Assembly (NCBI GenBank): GCA_965200315.1
Contig: OZ241362.1
Span: 4,672,001 to 4,736,000 of the forward strand
Length of the DNA: 64,000 nt
Direction of reading: 5' to 3'
Source of the DNA: Candidatus Latescibacterota bacterium
Lineage (GTDB): Bacteria > Latescibacterota > UBA2968 > UBA8231
The notes beneath the pieces are model-generated. The model was given only the letters and a program-made list of their open reading frames with translations. It searched no databases and was not told the DNA's origin. Made by a program: the position numbers and the translations under genes. Shown in pieces: positions 47,646 to 57,765 of the stretch. Each line of letters opens with the position of its first letter. Position 1 is the stretch's first letter.

Positions 47646-50085
47646 ACGGCGGCTGCAGTTCGGCGTGGGGCTGGTGGCCGCGGCCGTCATCGGCTATGAG
47701 ATCGGCCTCGTCCGGCTGTTTTCCTTTTTGCAGCACTATCACTACACGTTTCTCGTAGTCTCAGGGGCAGTGTGCGGCCTGGGGCTGGGGGCCGCGCTGA
47801 GTGCGGTACTGCGCGTGCGGGGGGAGCAGCTGCACCGGCACTTGGGCTATTGGGCGGTCGGCTGCGGCTTCGGCATGATCTGCGGTGCGTTTTCCGTAGC
47901 CCAATTTCCCCGCCTGCCGCTACCGCTGCTGGTCGGCATTGCCGGCCTCCCCTTCATCGCCGCTGGCGGATTTCTCGCCCTCGCCTTCCAAGTGCGCTAC
48001 CAACAAAGTCAAGTTCTCTACTTTTGGGACTTGCTCGGCGCAGCCCTCGGCATCCTCTACGTCGTGCCGGCCCTTGAATGGCTGGGTGGCGTCGGTGCTC
48101 TATTCGGCGCGAGCGTCTTTGCTATGGCGGCCGCGGCTCTCTTTTTGCATGGCTGGGCATGGAGCTGCCCACTTGGTTTAGCGGCCGGGCTCGTCGTTTA
48201 CAGTACCCAACAACGCGAGCTCATCGATCTCAGTGCGCTAGCTGAAGCGGCCGACAAGCCCATGTTTCGCGCCTTGGACGCGGCGCGTCACCGAGGGGAA
48301 GTGAAGGCCACGCGCTGGAGCGCGTACGCACGCACCGACCTAGTAGATCGCACGGGCGACACGGGCTTGAACTTGTATGTAGATGGCGGGGCTGGCTCGT
48401 ACATGTTCCGCTTTGCCGGGGATTACCGGCGGCTGTTTTTCGTGCGCCGCGAGGCCGCGTTTTTCCCCTATTACTTTTCGCCCCGCGAGCGCGCCCTGAT
48501 CATCGGGCCGGGCGGTGGTGCCGATGTGCTCTACGCGCTGATGACCGGCTGGCGGCATATCGAAGCCGTAGAGATCAATCCAGAGATCGCCGCGCTGGTC
48601 CGCTCATACGGAGAGTACAACGGCCATTTGTACGACTTGGAGGGAGTGGAACTGCACATCGGCGATGGCCGCAACTATTTGGAGCGTTCCGGTACGCGCT
48701 ACGATCTCATTGCCCTGCCCTTGGTGTATGCCGAGGCGGCCGATTTGGTGGGGTACGCGCTCTCCGAAAATTACCTGTTCACCCGCGAGGCATTTGCCGC
48801 TTATCTCGATCACCTCGCTGAGGGGGGGCGGCTGGCTCTCGTAGTTCACAATCACGCGCTGATGTTGCGCGTGGTCACCACTTTAGGTGCCCTGTGGGAA
48901 GAGCGCGGCCACGAGCCGGGTGCGGTCCTCGACCATCTCGTCGTCGTCAATGGTGCCCGCGGCGACCCGACGCGGCAAGAGGCCTACCGTCCCTTGTTGC
49001 TGGTCCAGCAGCAGCCCTATACGTCCGAGCAATTGGCGCGCCTGCACGCGGTCATGGAGGAGTTGGGTTTAGACCCGTACTTCTCGCCCGGAAGACGCGA
49101 ACAGCCCGCGCTGGCGGCGTTGCGCGAGGCCACATTGGCGGACTTTGTCGCCGCATCTGCACTCGACATCTCGCCGACGACTGACGATCGGCCCTTTTTT
49201 TACGACGCTACTCGCGGGCTGGATTCCAAGCTGGCCCGGCTGTTGGTCGGCGCGTTGGCGGCATGTGTGCTGGTGATGTTGGTGCCGCTTGGGGTGCCGA
49301 ATATGCGCTGGACGAGCGCGTCCGAGTCGCCGCCGCTGCTTTGGGCGCTGTTCGCCGCCGGATTGGGTGCAGGCTTTATGATGGTCGAGATCCACCTCTT
49401 GCAGCGCTTTGGCCTGTTCTTAGGCTATCCGACCCTGACGCTAGCGGTCGCGCTCTTCGGGTTGCTGCTGGGCACCGGGGCCGGGAGCCTCGCGGGCGGA
49501 TGGTGCCGTGCGCTCGCGCATCCGCGGGGGTTGGGATTGGTCGGCGCGGGCGTCGGCCTTGCCTGCTATCTCTATGGGTTCTTGCTCGACAGCGCGCTCG
49601 TTGGGGCGTTGGCGTGGCCGCTGGCCGGCCGCGTCGGGTTGACACTCGCTCTCGTCGCGCCGCTCGGCATGCTGATGGGGACCTGTTTCCCGGCCTGTCT
49701 GCGCTTGGGTGGTTCACAGTGCGCCGGGCTGGTCCCTTGGCTGTGGGCTGTCAACGGTTTCTTCTCAGTGCTTGGATCGGTCGGAGCCGTGGCTTTGGGT
49801 ATGGAGTGGGGGGCGAGTGCATCGCTGGTGGTCGGTGCGGCCGCGTATGGGGCGGCGGGTACGACGCTCTTCTTGGGCAGCCGCCGGACACCTGCGGACG
49901 CGGAAGCGACCCGTCCGTCCGGCGCGGGCCGCTGGGCGGTGGGTGCGCTGCTCTTGGTCGCGCTGCTGTGGTATGCGGCCTTTAGCTTTATCGGCGCGCG
50001 CTATTGGGGCGCAGCCCCTTCGGCTGCTCATCCGCGCCCACCGGTTGCGCCCGAGGTGTGGCCGGACGCGCTTAGACCCTTTTGA
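47635..50085 (+). CDS. Membrane spermidine-synthase-like class I SAM-dependent transferase
   Basis: TM blocks flank ALIIGPGGGAD, AVEINP, GDGRNYL, SENYLFTREAF and TDDRPFFY. The GTG start overlaps the upstream gene. Confidence 0.8.
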   Translation: MCAERRLQFGVGLVAAAVIGYEIGLVRLFSFLQHYHYTFLVVSGAVCGLGLGAALSAVLRVRGEQLHRHLGYWAVGCGFGMICGAFSVAQFPRLPLPLLVGIAGLPFIAAGGFLALAFQVRYQQSQVLYFWDLLGAALGILYVVPALEWLGGVGALFGASVFAMAAAALFLHGWAWSCPLGLAAGLVVYSTQQRELIDLSALAEAADKPMFRALDAARHRGEVKATRWSAYARTDLVDRTGDTGLNLYVDGGAGSYMFRFAGDYRRLFFVRREAAFFPYYFSPRERALIIGPGGGADVLYALMTGWRHIEAVEINPEIAALVRSYGEYNGHLYDLEGVELHIGDGRNYLERSGTRYDLIALPLVYAEAADLVGYALSENYLFTREAFAAYLDHLAEGGRLALVVHNHALMLRVVTTLGALWEERGHEPGAVLDHLVVVNGARGDPTRQEAYRPLLLVQQQPYTSEQLARLHAVMEELGLDPYFSPGRREQPALAALREATLADFVAASALDISPTTDDRPFFYDATRGLDSKLARLLVGALAACVLVMLVPLGVPNMRWTSASESPPLLWALFAAGLGAGFMMVEIHLLQRFGLFLGYPTLTLAVALFGLLLGTGAGSLAGGWCRALAHPRGLGLVGAGVGLACYLYGFLLDSALVGALAWPLAGRVGLTLALVAPLGMLMGTCFPACLRLGGSQCAGLVPWLWAVNGFFSVLGSVGAVALGMEWGASASLVVGAAAYGAAGTTLFLGSRRTPADAEATRPSGAGRWAVGALLLVALLWYAAFSFIGARYWGAAPSAAHPRPPVAPEVWPDALRPF

Positions 50086-50223
50086 TGACGTAGGCGTAAC
50101 TCTCGCGTCCTGTTCGATCTGATCGCCGGTTACGGTCGCTGGCCGCTGCGCGTCGTCGCCTACGCTTTTATCCTATGTAACCGACCAATATCCGCCTTTC
50201 CGGCTATCTGACTAGGACCGCTT

Positions 50224-51222
50224 ATGTCCGCCTTTTCCAGCCTGCGCCTCGCCGCCCCGCCTTCCTCTCGAAATGCTTGGGAAGCCCAACGCCCCGATCT
50301 CTTAGAGGCCATGCAGCAAGTCATGGGGCCTTTGCCTAGTTCGGAAAAGCGCGGCCCGCTCGACGTTCAACTCGACGAGGAAGTGGACTGCGGCTCTTAC
50401 ACTCGCCGCCTCATTACCTACATCTCCGAGCCGGGTTGTCGAGTGCCAGCTTATTTGCTGATTCCCCACTCCGCTCTACAATCTCCGGCTCCGGCCGTGC
50501 TTTGTCCCCATCCCACGGACGACCGCATCGGCCACAAGGTGGTCGTCGGTTTGGGCGGCCGCGCCAATCGTGCGTATGCCAGCGAACTGGCCCAAGCTGG
50601 CTTTGTCACCTTGGCACCGGCCTATCCCTTGCTAGCGGATTATCGCCCTGACTGGCGCGGCCTCGGCTACCATTCGGGAACCATGAAGGCGATATGGGAC
50701 AATATGCGCGGCCTCGATCTGCTGGCCGAACTGCCCTTTGTCGCCGGGGAGTCTTTTGCCTCTATCGGCCACTCGCTGGGCGGCCACAATTCGGTCTACA
50801 CCGCGGTCTTCGACCCGCGCATCGCCATCGTCGTCTCCAGTTGCGGCCTCGATTCCTATCAGGATTACATGGACGGCGATATTGCGGGCTGGACCAGCGA
50901 CCGCTACATGCCGCGCTTGAAGGACTACGCCCTAGCGGATATTCCCTTTGACTTCTACGATATGATCGCCGCGTTAGCACCGCGCCCTTGCTTCATCTGT
51001 GCGCCTTTGGGCGACTCCAATTTCCGCTGGCGCAGCGTCGCCGCGGTGGTCGAAACCGCCCGATCGGTGTACGATCTGTACGGTGCTGGCGAGGCCCTGC
51101 AAGTGGTCCATCCCGACTGCGGCCACGACTTTCCCGACGCCATCCGACAGCGGGCTTACCAACTCATTGCCGAGGCATTGGGCCGTTTGGGGCCTTTTGA
51201 CGCTGAAGAGGCTCATCGTTAG
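50224..51222 (+). CDS. Alpha/beta hydrolase (dienelactone hydrolase-like)
   Basis: GHSLGG nucleophile elbow; LAPRP; GHDF catalytic His. Confidence 0.88.
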   Translation: MSAFSSLRLAAPPSSRNAWEAQRPDLLEAMQQVMGPLPSSEKRGPLDVQLDEEVDCGSYTRRLITYISEPGCRVPAYLLIPHSALQSPAPAVLCPHPTDDRIGHKVVVGLGGRANRAYASELAQAGFVTLAPAYPLLADYRPDWRGLGYHSGTMKAIWDNMRGLDLLAELPFVAGESFASIGHSLGGHNSVYTAVFDPRIAIVVSSCGLDSYQDYMDGDIAGWTSDRYMPRLKDYALADIPFDFYDMIAALAPRPCFICAPLGDSNFRWRSVAAVVETARSVYDLYGAGEALQVVHPDCGHDFPDAIRQRAYQLIAEALGRLGPFDAEEAHR

Positions 51223-51252
51223 GTTCAATGGCAATTCCCAAGGAGATGAGGC

Positions 51253-51963
51253 ATGAGCGAGAACTACCATAGTTATCAGTTGCTATTGGCAAAAGCAGCC
51301 ACGCTTTACGAAAGGCATGGGGTTGGACGACCGGAGCCTTTACATACGAACTTGAGGAGGAAATATATGGACGCTTTGAAGAAACTTTGTGAGGCGGACA
51401 ACAACCTCGTTCTCGTCCGCCACTTGCATCATGCTGGCAATGAAGTAGTGTCAGACCTGCACGAGAAACTCTGGAACGAAATTAACTCTGAGCTGGAATT
51501 GCTGGAATCGAAAATTCCCGAATTTAGACAGCTTTTTAAATCTGTTCCAACAGACAAAAGCAATATAGTTCGCCGATACTATCAGTTGAGTGAAGCTAGC
51601 TCGCTCGAAATTGGAGAGGAAAAAGGCTATATATGGTTCGGGGTTGGTTGTTCCAAAGAGAAATCGTACGCCATGCTCGAGAGGGGATTGAAGCATCTGA
51701 GTGGTGAAAAAAACGAGTGGTATCCTTGGTATCGATATGCCGATCAAAGTCTAAACCTGTGTGACCCCACCCCAGAAAATATCAAGCTGCTGCTGAGTAC
51801 AAAAAAAAGGAAAGAGCTCGCGAGAAAGATCGTCCAAGACGTGAAAGAAGTTTTGGACGATCTTGAAGATATTGCTCTGGTGAATGCAATCAAAGAGGGA
51901 GAAAAGACGGGACTTGCTTCCAGAGAAGAGGTATTCAAAATCTTAAAAGGTATTGAGTGTTAA
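51253..51963 (+). CDS. Low-GC hypothetical protein, probably chimeric; antitoxin-like C-terminal tail
   Basis: AGGAG upstream and AT-rich composition. The tail LEDIALVNAIKEGEKTGLASREEVFKIL resembles RelE-associated antitoxins. Confidence 0.55.
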   Translation: MSENYHSYQLLLAKAATLYERHGVGRPEPLHTNLRRKYMDALKKLCEADNNLVLVRHLHHAGNEVVSDLHEKLWNEINSELELLESKIPEFRQLFKSVPTDKSNIVRRYYQLSEASSLEIGEEKGYIWFGVGCSKEKSYAMLERGLKHLSGEKNEWYPWYRYADQSLNLCDPTPENIKLLLSTKKRKELARKIVQDVKEVLDDLEDIALVNAIKEGEKTGLASREEVFKILKGIEC

Positions 51964-52036
51964 AATTTGAAAGTCGAATTTAGTAACAATTTCACCAATT
52001 TTTACCAACACTTTCCCTAGTCATCTCATCTACCAA

Positions 52037-53671
52037 ATGTTCAAGTTCCTCCTGCTTCTACTGCTCTTCTCCGCCCCCCTCTACGCCAACCCCCATTTCC
52101 ACGACGCCACCGAAGAAGCGGGTATCAGCTTCGTCCACGTCAACGGCGCGAATGGCCAGAAGTTTGTCATTGAAACGGTCGGCCCGGGCGGCGGCTTTTT
52201 TGATTACGATGGCGACGGCCGCCTCGACATTTATTTACTCAACGGAGCCGCTGTGCCCGGGACCGAATACGACCCCGCGCCGCAAAACGCGCTCTATCGC
52301 AATCGCGGCGACGGCGCGTTTGCCGATGTAACCGAGTACGCCGGCGTCGGCGACACCGGCTACGGCATGGGCTGCGCGGTCGGCGACACGGACAACGACG
52401 GCGACTTGGATTTGTACGTGACCAACTTTGGGGCCAATGTGCTGTATCGCAACGAGGGCAATGGAACGTTTGCAAACGCCACGGCCACCTCCCAAGTCGG
52501 CGACGAGGGTTGGGGGGCGAGTGCGGCGTTTGCCGACATCGACCGCGATGGCTTTGTCGATTTGTACGTGGGCAACTACCACAACTTCTCTTACGCCAAT
52601 CACCGCGTCTGCGCTGAGGGCGGTAGCGGGCTGCAACTCTACTGCGGCCCGGAGGCGTTCGACGGGGTGACCGACGTGTTGTATCGCAACGAAGGCGATG
52701 GCACGTTTGCCGACATCACGGTCGCAGCCGGGCTGGGCAGTGCCGAGGGCAAGGAGCTAGGCGTGGTCTTCGGCGACGTGGACCGCGACGGCGACCCAGA
52801 CCTCTATCTAGCCAACGACAAGACCTTGAACTTCTTGTATCTCAACGACGGCACCGGTCGCTTTGCCGAAGAAGCGCTATTGGCCGGCGTTGCCTACAAC
52901 GAGGATGGGGATGTCGAAGCGGGCATGGGCGTTGACATGGGCGATTACGACAACGACGGCGACTACGACCTTTTTGTCACCAACTTTCAATGGGAGACCA
53001 ATACCCTGTACAAGAACCTCGGCGACGGCACCTTTGTCGATGAAACCTTCCTCGCCGGGTTGGGCAAGGGCAGTATCGCCTATTTAGCGTGGGGTACGCG
53101 CTTTTTCGATGCCGACAACGATGGCGACCGCGATCTTTTTATCGCCAATGGCCACCTAGAAAGCGATGTTGAGCAATACGAGAACGCGACCTTCCCCCAG
53201 CGCAATCAGCTCTTTCTCAACCTCGGCGACGGCCGCTTTGAGGAATGCGCAGAGGACGGCGGTGGCCTGTCGTTGAAACGGGTCAGTCGCGGCGCGGCCT
53301 TTGGCGACTACGACGCCGATGGCGATATGGATGTGCTGGTGGCCAATGTCGCGGCTCAGCCCACCTTGCTGCGCAACGACGGCGCGAGCGGTCACTGGGT
53401 GCGCCTGCGGCTAGAGGGCCGCGACAGCAATCGCGCTGGTATCGGCGCTCGCGTTGAAATCACCAGCGGCGGGCAGGTGCAGACCGACGAAGTGCGCTCG
53501 GGTGCCAGCTTTCTCTCGCAGAGCGACCTGCGGCTGCACTTCGGGCTGGGAACGGCCCCCGCTGTCGAGCGCGTGGTCGTCTATTGGCCGAGCGGCCGGG
53601 TGGAGGCATACGCGGGCTTGGCCGTCAACCGCGAGCACCTATTAGTAGAAGGGGAGGGTAAGACGCGATGA
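52037..53671 (+). CDS. CRTAC1 family FG-GAP/ASPIC-UnbV secreted protein
   Basis: Signal peptide; DxDxDGxxD repeats; SFLSQSDLRLHFGLG. Confidence 0.9.
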   Translation: MFKFLLLLLLFSAPLYANPHFHDATEEAGISFVHVNGANGQKFVIETVGPGGGFFDYDGDGRLDIYLLNGAAVPGTEYDPAPQNALYRNRGDGAFADVTEYAGVGDTGYGMGCAVGDTDNDGDLDLYVTNFGANVLYRNEGNGTFANATATSQVGDEGWGASAAFADIDRDGFVDLYVGNYHNFSYANHRVCAEGGSGLQLYCGPEAFDGVTDVLYRNEGDGTFADITVAAGLGSAEGKELGVVFGDVDRDGDPDLYLANDKTLNFLYLNDGTGRFAEEALLAGVAYNEDGDVEAGMGVDMGDYDNDGDYDLFVTNFQWETNTLYKNLGDGTFVDETFLAGLGKGSIAYLAWGTRFFDADNDGDRDLFIANGHLESDVEQYENATFPQRNQLFLNLGDGRFEECAEDGGGLSLKRVSRGAAFGDYDADGDMDVLVANVAAQPTLLRNDGASGHWVRLRLEGRDSNRAGIGARVEITSGGQVQTDEVRSGASFLSQSDLRLHFGLGTAPAVERVVVYWPSGRVEAYAGLAVNREHLLVEGEGKTR

Positions 53672-55134
53672 GGATGTGGTCCGTAGTTCGCGATCAGTCG
53701 TCAGGGGTCAATCCCCGCACATCCACAACGGCTGGGCGGAGTGGGATAGCTGCTGGCCAGTGGCCCCTGCCGTTACTAGTCTGCCTCGCTCTGTGCGCCT
53801 GCGAGCCGGAAAGTCCGCCCGAAAAGGTGCGTCCCGGTGCCGCCATGGACGCCGAGCTGCTCTTTGTGCGCGGCACCGGGCTGGCCGCCGAGGGCCGCCA
53901 CACCGAGGCCATCGACGCCTACCAACAGGCGGCCTCGCTAGCACCCAACTCCGCCAAGGTCCACTACAACCTCGGCAACGCCTACGCGCGTCAGCTCGAT
54001 TATTCCCGGGCGATGGTGGCCTATCAGCGCGTATTGGCACTCGATTCGACGCACGTATCGGCGCGGCACAACCTCGCGGCCCTGTACGTCAAGCAGCTCA
54101 ACTACGCCCAAGCCATCCAAGAACACCGCCGGGTTCTCGCGTTGGCCCCCGGCCATCTGACGACCTACTACGACCTCAGCTACATCTACTTCTTGCGCGG
54201 CGAGTACGACGAGGTGGAAACGCTGCTGCAAGCAGGTCTGGACCGCGACTCGACCCATGCCTCCTTCTACCGGCTGCTGGGCCGGACGCGCCTGAAGGAA
54301 CTCGACTTTGAGCGGGCAGCGGCAGCCCTGACGTACGCGGTCGCGCTAGACAGCACGGATGCGGCCGCGTACGTCGATTTGGCGCAGGTGGAACTCAAGC
54401 GGCGCGAGTACGCGGCCGCTGAACGCGCCGCCCGCCGCGCTATTGCGCTCGACTCCCGGTCCAAGGAGGCGTATTTCGCGCTGGCCAATGCCCTCAAGCG
54501 GCTCGGCCGCCGCGAGGAGAGTACCGAAGTGCTGGCGCAGTTCCGGGCGCTCGACCAGCAGCTCGACAAAATCGACGATCAGCTACGGATGCTGGGCAAT
54601 GTGCCCGACGACCACGAGGCGCGGGCGCAATTGGGTCTGCTGTACACTGAGCAGGGCCGCTTGGCCGAAGCGGCTGAAGCGTATCGGCTGGCCGTGCGTC
54701 TCGCGCCGGACAGCCTGCGCTACCGCAACAACTTAGGCAACCTCTACCTGCGCTTGGGCCAGCTCGCCGAGGCCGTCGCCGAGTATCAAGCCGCGCTGGC
54801 CTTGGACTCAGCATACGCTAAGGCTCACTACAATTTGGGGCAGGCGTACATGCGCTTGCAGCGCTTTGACGAGGCCCTAGCCAGCCTCGCCGAAGCGCGT
54901 CGCTTAACCCCGCAAGACGAGGAGATTCATTACTTTTTGGGGCTGCTCCACGCGCAGGCTGGCGACTACGCCAAGGCCGCCGAGATGCTGGCATTTGCAG
55001 CGGAAGCCCGGCCGGACTGGCTCGACGCCCGGCAGAAATTAGCTGTGGCGTACTTGAAGTCGGGAAAGATAGAAGAGAGCAAGCGAGAGCTAGCGGCGAT
55101 TCAGCAGATGAAAGAGAGCGAACAGCATGAGTAA
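53668..55134 (+). CDS. TPR-repeat protein (putative lipoprotein)
   Basis: LCAC lipobox-like motif; many HYNLGNAY-type TPRs; ATGA overlap with the upstream gene. Confidence 0.85.
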   Translation: MRMWSVVRDQSSGVNPRTSTTAGRSGIAAGQWPLPLLVCLALCACEPESPPEKVRPGAAMDAELLFVRGTGLAAEGRHTEAIDAYQQAASLAPNSAKVHYNLGNAYARQLDYSRAMVAYQRVLALDSTHVSARHNLAALYVKQLNYAQAIQEHRRVLALAPGHLTTYYDLSYIYFLRGEYDEVETLLQAGLDRDSTHASFYRLLGRTRLKELDFERAAAALTYAVALDSTDAAAYVDLAQVELKRREYAAAERAARRAIALDSRSKEAYFALANALKRLGRREESTEVLAQFRALDQQLDKIDDQLRMLGNVPDDHEARAQLGLLYTEQGRLAEAAEAYRLAVRLAPDSLRYRNNLGNLYLRLGQLAEAVAEYQAALALDSAYAKAHYNLGQAYMRLQRFDEALASLAEARRLTPQDEEIHYFLGLLHAQAGDYAKAAEMLAFAAEARPDWLDARQKLAVAYLKSGKIEESKRELAAIQQMKESEQHE

Positions 55135-56692
55135 GCGTTGGATGGGAACCGTACTCTGCGCGGCGCTAGTCAGCTTGAGTGGTTGTGCCGAGGACGGACC
55201 GGCTGTAGCCACGGAAGATGCCGTCTTGGTGGAGGTGGGGCCAACGGCGATTCGGGTGGCGGATTACCGTCAGTTCACTACGCGAGTGGCAGCGGAATTG
55301 CGGGCGGAATATGGGGCTGAAAGACTGTTGGAGGCTATCGTTGAGCAGACGCTGCTGGTGCAGGAAGCCGAGCGGCGAGGCTTGGGGGCGAGCGCGGAGT
55401 TTTTGCAATGGCAGACGCAGGCGCAGGCGCGGCTGGTGCAGCAGGCCTTGTACGAGCGCGCCGGCATCGTCCAGCCCGAAGTAGCCGAGGAAGAGTTGCG
55501 GGCCTATTTCCAGCGCAGCCCCTATAACCGCCGAGTGCGCTTCAGTCTGCTGATGGTGCGCGAGCAAGAGCAGCTACCGGAGGTTTTGGCCGCGCTCGCC
55601 TCAGGAGCGGACTTTGAGGAACTGTCGCTGCGTCATTCTCAGGACTCGCGGATACTAGAGCGCCGCGCCGACATGGGCTATCACCGCTGGGGCGATACCA
55701 TGGCCTCGCACGCCGCTCTGACTGAAAGGGCCTTCTCCATGCAAGTCGGGGAGATCTCCGAGCCGATGCAGGTGGCCGATGGGTACTTTCTCATCAGGCT
55801 CACGGACACTCACCCGGTTAGCTTTGAGCAGGAGCGGGAGACCATTCAGCGCTGGGTGCTGCGGGAAAAGCTCGGGCGACAGCTCTTGGCTTATTACGAC
55901 ACCCTGCACGTGCGCTATGATGTGCGCTACGAGCCGGACGGGTTGGCGGGGTCGCCGGAAGCGGTCGTGGCTGCGTACGACGGCGGGGTGCTAACAATCG
56001 CGCAGGCCCGCGAGCTGCTGAAGGGTCAAGGCGAGGGCGAGAAGGTGCTGCGGCGCGAGGTCGGGCGGCGGGTGTTGGTCCCGCTCGAAATCGCGCGGCT
56101 CGCGCTCGCCGACGCCCCAAACCTGCAACGCGAACTAGAGCGGCTGCGGCAGACGCAGCTTGCGCGGTGCTTACAGGACGCGCTGCAAGCGCAGGTGCCA
56201 CCGCCCAATCCCAACGGCCTAAGCCTGTTTTACGAGGAGCACAAGCTCCGTTACACGGCACCGGCCGAGGTGGAGGTGCGCCGGCTCCTCGCCCGCGATG
56301 AGGCCGAGGGCACCGCCATCGCTGAGCAGATGCGGGCCGGCCGCGATACGACCGCGCTGGTGGACCGCTTCGTCAGCGTGATTTACGGCAGCGGTGCGCT
56401 GGAGGGCGACAATCCGGTCAGCCGCGCCCTGCGCGCCGACGAGGGAACCTTTCACGGCCCCTTTGCCACGGATAATGGTTATATTGTCTTACAGGTGTTG
56501 CGCCGCCGCCCGGACCGACTGCCGCCGCTAAGCGAAATCCGCGAGCAGGTGGAGGCGGATTGGGCGGCCGCGCAGCTCCAAGCCGCGGTCCAGGAGCTGG
56601 CCGCGTCTTTGCGCCAGCGCCGCGCCAACGAAATCCGCTTCAGCCCAGACGCTGTGGCACTAGCCCTGTTGGCTACTTCTCATGGCGAGTAA
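55127..56692 (+). CDS. SurA/PrsA-like PpiC foldase lipoprotein
   Basis: LSGC lipobox; GADFEELSLRHSQD..DMGY, GEISEPMQVADGYFLI and GPFATDNGY. Confidence 0.8.
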   Translation: MSKRWMGTVLCAALVSLSGCAEDGPAVATEDAVLVEVGPTAIRVADYRQFTTRVAAELRAEYGAERLLEAIVEQTLLVQEAERRGLGASAEFLQWQTQAQARLVQQALYERAGIVQPEVAEEELRAYFQRSPYNRRVRFSLLMVREQEQLPEVLAALASGADFEELSLRHSQDSRILERRADMGYHRWGDTMASHAALTERAFSMQVGEISEPMQVADGYFLIRLTDTHPVSFEQERETIQRWVLREKLGRQLLAYYDTLHVRYDVRYEPDGLAGSPEAVVAAYDGGVLTIAQARELLKGQGEGEKVLRREVGRRVLVPLEIARLALADAPNLQRELERLRQTQLARCLQDALQAQVPPPNPNGLSLFYEEHKLRYTAPAEVEVRRLLARDEAEGTAIAEQMRAGRDTTALVDRFVSVIYGSGALEGDNPVSRALRADEGTFHGPFATDNGYIVLQVLRRRPDRLPPLSEIREQVEADWAAAQLQAAVQELAASLRQRRANEIRFSPDAVALALLATSHGE

Positions 56693-57734
56693 TTCTATCG
56701 TTCTGCAACCTGCCTATATCGTCGATCGCCGGCAGGACTATATCTGGTTTGTGAGCCTACCCTTTGCCGCGGTTTGCTTTGCGCTCGTGTCCGGGCACTA
56801 CCTGCCGGGGGCGGCACTGGCGGCCATCGCCTTGTGGGTGACGATTCCGCATCACTTCGTCACTTGGTTGCGCGTGTATGGCTCGCCGGCGGAATTTGCC
56901 CGCTTTAAGGAACGCTTCATTCTCGGGCCGATAGTGTTGGTCGCCTTTGCCTACGGCCTGATCCAATGGGCGCCGTTGAGCTTGGTGTTGATCGTGACGT
57001 TGTGGGATCACCAGCACAGCTTGATGCAGCAATACGGCTTTGCGCGCGTGTACGACTTCAAGGCCAAGGCCGGTACGCCCGCCACTGCTAGGTTCGACTT
57101 GGCCTTCAATTGGATTTTTTTTGGCAACATGCTCGTGGTGTCGCCGCTGTTTTCCACGGTTTGGGTGCGTATGTTGCACGAGTGGCACCTGCCCATCAGC
57201 GCGGAAGCGGTAGAGGCGGTACACCTCGTCTCGTGGACCATTGCCATTGCCTACGGCCTGATCTACGTGGGACACATCGCCTATTGCGCCTATCGCGGCT
57301 TGGCGCTTAATCCCCTCAAATACGTCTTTCTGCTGTCGAGCTATTTCCTGTGGTACTTCACCAGTTTTACCACGGCCTATCTGCTCGTCTTTGCAGTGGC
57401 GCACCGGATCATGCACGGGATCCAGTATATCGTCATGGTGTATTTCTACAACCGCCACAAGGTCGAGCGCACGGGCGGCGACTCGGCCCTGCTGCGCTGC
57501 GTGGCGGGCAAGAGGGGCGTCAAGTTCTTTCTCTTGCTGTGCGCGGCCTACGCCGTCGTCTTTCACGCGCTGAGCGAGGGCTTGGTGCGCGACTTTGGCT
57601 TTGGCCTCGTCGGCTTCAACACCAATTTCGACCTCTTCAGCTATTCGCTGCTCAGTTCCTTTGCCCTGATCCACTACTACTATGACGCTTTTATATGGAA
57701 AGTGCGGAAAAAGGACGTGCAGGAGGGGCTGTAA
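56682..57734 (+). CDS. Polytopic membrane protein with multiple His motifs (candidate membrane metallo-enzyme)
   Basis: Motifs PHHFVTW, DHQHSLMQQYGF, AHRIMHGIQY and IHYYYDAFIW set within many TM helices. Confidence 0.7.
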   Translation: MASNSIVLQPAYIVDRRQDYIWFVSLPFAAVCFALVSGHYLPGAALAAIALWVTIPHHFVTWLRVYGSPAEFARFKERFILGPIVLVAFAYGLIQWAPLSLVLIVTLWDHQHSLMQQYGFARVYDFKAKAGTPATARFDLAFNWIFFGNMLVVSPLFSTVWVRMLHEWHLPISAEAVEAVHLVSWTIAIAYGLIYVGHIAYCAYRGLALNPLKYVFLLSSYFLWYFTSFTTAYLLVFAVAHRIMHGIQYIVMVYFYNRHKVERTGGDSALLRCVAGKRGVKFFLLLCAAYAVVFHALSEGLVRDFGFGLVGFNTNFDLFSYSLLSSFALIHYYYDAFIWKVRKKDVQEGL

Positions 57735-57765
57735 CGACCACTCATCAGGACTAGGAGATTGATCT

